64,000 nucleotides of DNA, from the NCBI GenBank assembly GCA_973895155.1, contig OZ316892.1, forward strand, positions 6,190,847-6,254,846, in the 5' to 3' direction. Positions 61,138 through 64,000 of the stretch are shown piece by piece. Numbering within the stretch: position 1 is the first letter of the stretch; each line of letters opens with the position of its first letter. The DNA is from Marsupella aquatica. Lineage: Eukaryota > Plantae > Marchantiophyta. Both the position numbers and the translations under genes were made by a program. Below the pieces are notes generated by a model. It was not told the origin of the DNA, did not search any database, and was given only the letters and a program-made list of their open reading frames with translations.

Positions 61138-62460
61138 ACTAGCTCAATACCCGTGCGTTGCACAAAAGATGTCGTCACGGCCAAGATGTCATTGAGAACA
61201 AAAGAGATCATGTCGGCCAAGAGGTTGTTGAGAAGAAAGATGTCGTGTTGCCCAAGATGTTGTTGAGAACAAAAGATGTCATGTCGGCCAAAATGTCGGT
61301 GATAACAAAAGATGTCGTGTCGGCCAAGAGGTCGTTCAGAACAAAAGATGTCGTGTCGACCAAGATGTCATGTCGGCCATGAATTGGTTGAGAAAAAAGA
61401 TGTCGTGTCGACCAAGAGATTGTTGAGAAAAAATGTTGTATTGGCCAAGAGGTCGTTGAGAAAATCGATGTCGTGTTGGCCAAGATCTCATTGATAAAAA
61501 AGACGTTGTATCGGCCAAGAAGTCATTGAGACAAAGGATGTCGTGTTGGCAAAGAAGTCGTTGAGAAAAAATATGTCATGTTGGCCAAGACGTTGTTGAG
61601 AGAAAAGATGTTGTGTCGGGCAAGACGTCACTAAGAAAAAAGATGTTGTGTCGGCCAAGACGTCATTGAGAAAACAGATGGCCAAGATGTCGTTGAGGAA
61701 AAATACCCGTGCATTACACAAAAGATTTTGTGTCGCCCAAAATGTAAAAGATGTCATTATGTGAAAGATGGCGTTAAGAAAAAGTTGTCATTTTGCCAAA
61801 CTAAGTTATTGTGAAGTAAATGATGTTATAAGTAAAAAGGTGTTGTTTCACCCAATATGTCCTTAATATGTGAAAGATAGCTCAATACCCAGGCGTTGCA
61901 CAAAAGATGTTGTTAAGAAAAAATATGTTGTTTCGCCAAAGATGTTGTCAACAAAAAAAGTGTCATGTTGCCAAAGATTTAGTTAAGAAAAAATATGTTG
62001 TGTTGCCAAAGATTTTGTTAAGAAAAAATATGTTGTGTTGCCAAAGATTTCGTTAAGAAAAAAGATGTCATGTTGCCAAAGACGTCGTTAAGAAAAAAGA
62101 TGTCATGTTGCCAAAGATGTCGTTAATATGTGAAAGATGTTGTGAAGTAAGAAGATGTCATTAAGAACTATGATGTCGTGTTGCCAAAGGTGTCGCGAAG
62201 AAAAAATGTTCTTATGTGAAAAATGTAGTGAAGTAAAAAGATGTCGATGCGCCAAAGATGTCTTTATGTCTAAGATATCGTCAGGTAAAAGATGATGTTT
62301 CACCAAAGATGTTATTAAGTATTTTTTGTTAAGTACAAAATGGTCGATAAGTAAAGGATGTCGTTAGACAAAGATGTAAGTTGTGAAGTAAAAGATGTTC
62401 TTAAGTACAATTGAAAATATTGCTAGTAAACCATGTTAAGTTAAGTAAAAAAGTTGTTAA
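61138..62460 (-). mobile_element. Non-autonomous Helitron-like element with AAAAGATGTC minisatellite
   Basis: The minus strand ends ...tgtgcaacgcacgggtattgagCTAGt (hairpin GTGC-AAC-GCAC then CTAG/T), the standard Helitron 3' signature. Decayed internal copies at 61702-61719 and 61878-61901. The interior is a ~30-35-bp aaaagatgtcgtgtcggccaag repeat. Confidence 0.62.
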
Positions 62461-64000
62461 GTTGTTGCCACTTTTTTGCCACCCCTTGCATCCTGAAGCC
62501 CCATTGATAACCCCAACGTTTTTGTTACGTTATTAAGCTGTTTGCTGAAAGTTACCATCATTGGCCGCTTACTTAAAACTTCTTACTTAAAGTTGCCGCA
62601 ATAGCTTAATTGGCGTTGTCTGCCCCGATGTCGAGACCCCCTAGGGTAACGGCGCTGCTTGGCTGACTTTTCAATGGCCCTTTCCCTGCACTTGCATATA
62701 TCTTGGAACCTCATCAGTAACCCCAATTTTTTGGTTACTTTAAGCTTAGTTTGATTAAAGTTGACTACGGCCGCTTTCTTGGCTTTGGCCGCCCCAACGC
62801 CAATTCCCTTTGAGGCAACTACACGACTCAGCCCACTTTTCAACAAAACAATTTGCCTACCTCTTGCATGGAACCCCTTTGCTAACCTCATCCAAGTTTA
62901 CTCGGCTCCTTAGTCGCCAATACCATGCCCCCTTGGGATAGTGGTGTGGTTTGCAACACTTTCCAATATTGGAGGACCTGCCACCCCCAGATCAACTTTG
63001 GTCTAGATATTTTGGCCCCCACCCCATGCCTCTTCCTGTGGTAAACAAAGTGGCAAGACATAACAACAACTGAGGGGTTGTTGGGGAGTTGGAACCCGGG
63101 GCAAGATTGAGTTAGGGTTGGAGATGGGACTTTGGGGTCCCGGGTTTAAAACATTAATTTTTTGTTTTTAGCCAATGTGGCAAATGTCAGCCTCTCAAAG
63201 GTAGGAGATGCTAGGAGTATTCTTCCACAATTTTTCTTGAATTATATCCTATTCGTCAGATATCACTAGATTTACATACAACCGTTAGATTTTGGCAAAT
63301 GAGGTCCATGATTTGGTGGGAGAGTGGCCAATGGTATGCAAAAAATCTAGCAAATTTTTGGCAAAAGTGGCGGAAAAGGTGGTGAACACATTTTGGGGAG
63401 GTAGAATTTGGCAAAAGCTTGCACCAAAAAAATACATTTATTGGATAGAGGCTAGGGCCAGGGTCGTGTCAGGAGTTATCATCGCTTCCTCTTCACTCTC
63501 CCTCTTCTGTAGTTGTTGTTGCTTAAAAGTTCTCATTAAATGCCAGGAGCCCTTATGAGCTCACATAGGCTACCAAGAGAGAACTTTAAATTCCAAAGGG
63601 AAAGAAGCTACGCTCCTCCCTTTCTCTTAAAAGTAAGTTGTACTCTGCTGGTATAACTGTACCTCTCTAGAGTACCTCTATCCCTTTTGTACCTTGTACC
63701 TGGGCTCCCAAGAGTAATGAGCTCATATTATGTACCTAAAAATACAATAGTACTTGTCTTGTGCATTTTTGTGTACCTGGTTTGTGCACACCATATGCAC
63801 ACCCTGCCCTGTACCAGGTTTTTCATGTTCTTTTTATTTTTCCCTTTATTGGTTTCATATTTACAGGTTTCAATTATTATCATCCAAAAGGACACTCCAA
63901 ATTTGAATGACGACCACTCCGTTTTTTGGCGCAACTATGTATTATAGTTTAGGATATATAGTTTAGTATATGGCGTACGATATCCCTCATATGACCGACC

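Noticed and set aside
60377-62460. Regularly spaced repeats resembling a CRISPR array
   Set aside because: Units are contiguous with no unique spacers, there are no cas genes, and the context is eukaryotic.

Overview
Eukaryotic nuclear DNA from a land plant. The NLR motif variants and gene set suggest a non-flowering lineage (bryophyte or lycophyte), which is inference only. Host genes: (1) the 3' part of a peptide methionine sulfoxide reductase MsrA gene; (2) a decayed SABATH methyltransferase pseudogene that the ORF track does not reveal; (3) an intronless, truncated MED15a-like KIX protein with an expanded in-frame ~300-bp Gln-rich repeat; (4) an intact 8-exon RPW8-like NB-ARC-LRR immune receptor (1063 aa by manual splicing); (5) directly downstream, a sacsin/NO VEIN-type GHKL ATPase gene broken by one premature TGA; (6) two tandem ELIP genes. 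Between them is dense mobile DNA: a Bianca-type Ty1/copia element with near-identical 107-bp LTRs but no integrase, a cluster of ~300-bp MITEs with CTCGGGGG termini and 8-bp TSDs, two 5'-truncated LINEs of one family each carrying a solo LTR of one family, Helitron-like 3' ends attached to GACATC/GATGTC minisatellites, and a 64/67-bp dimeric satellite. The best candidate for an undescribed system is the RPW8-NLR plus sacsin/NOV-ATPase neighbourhood. This rests on adjacency and needs synteny tests. No rRNA, tRNA or CRISPR array was found. All family assignments come from motif recognition by eye, not database searches.
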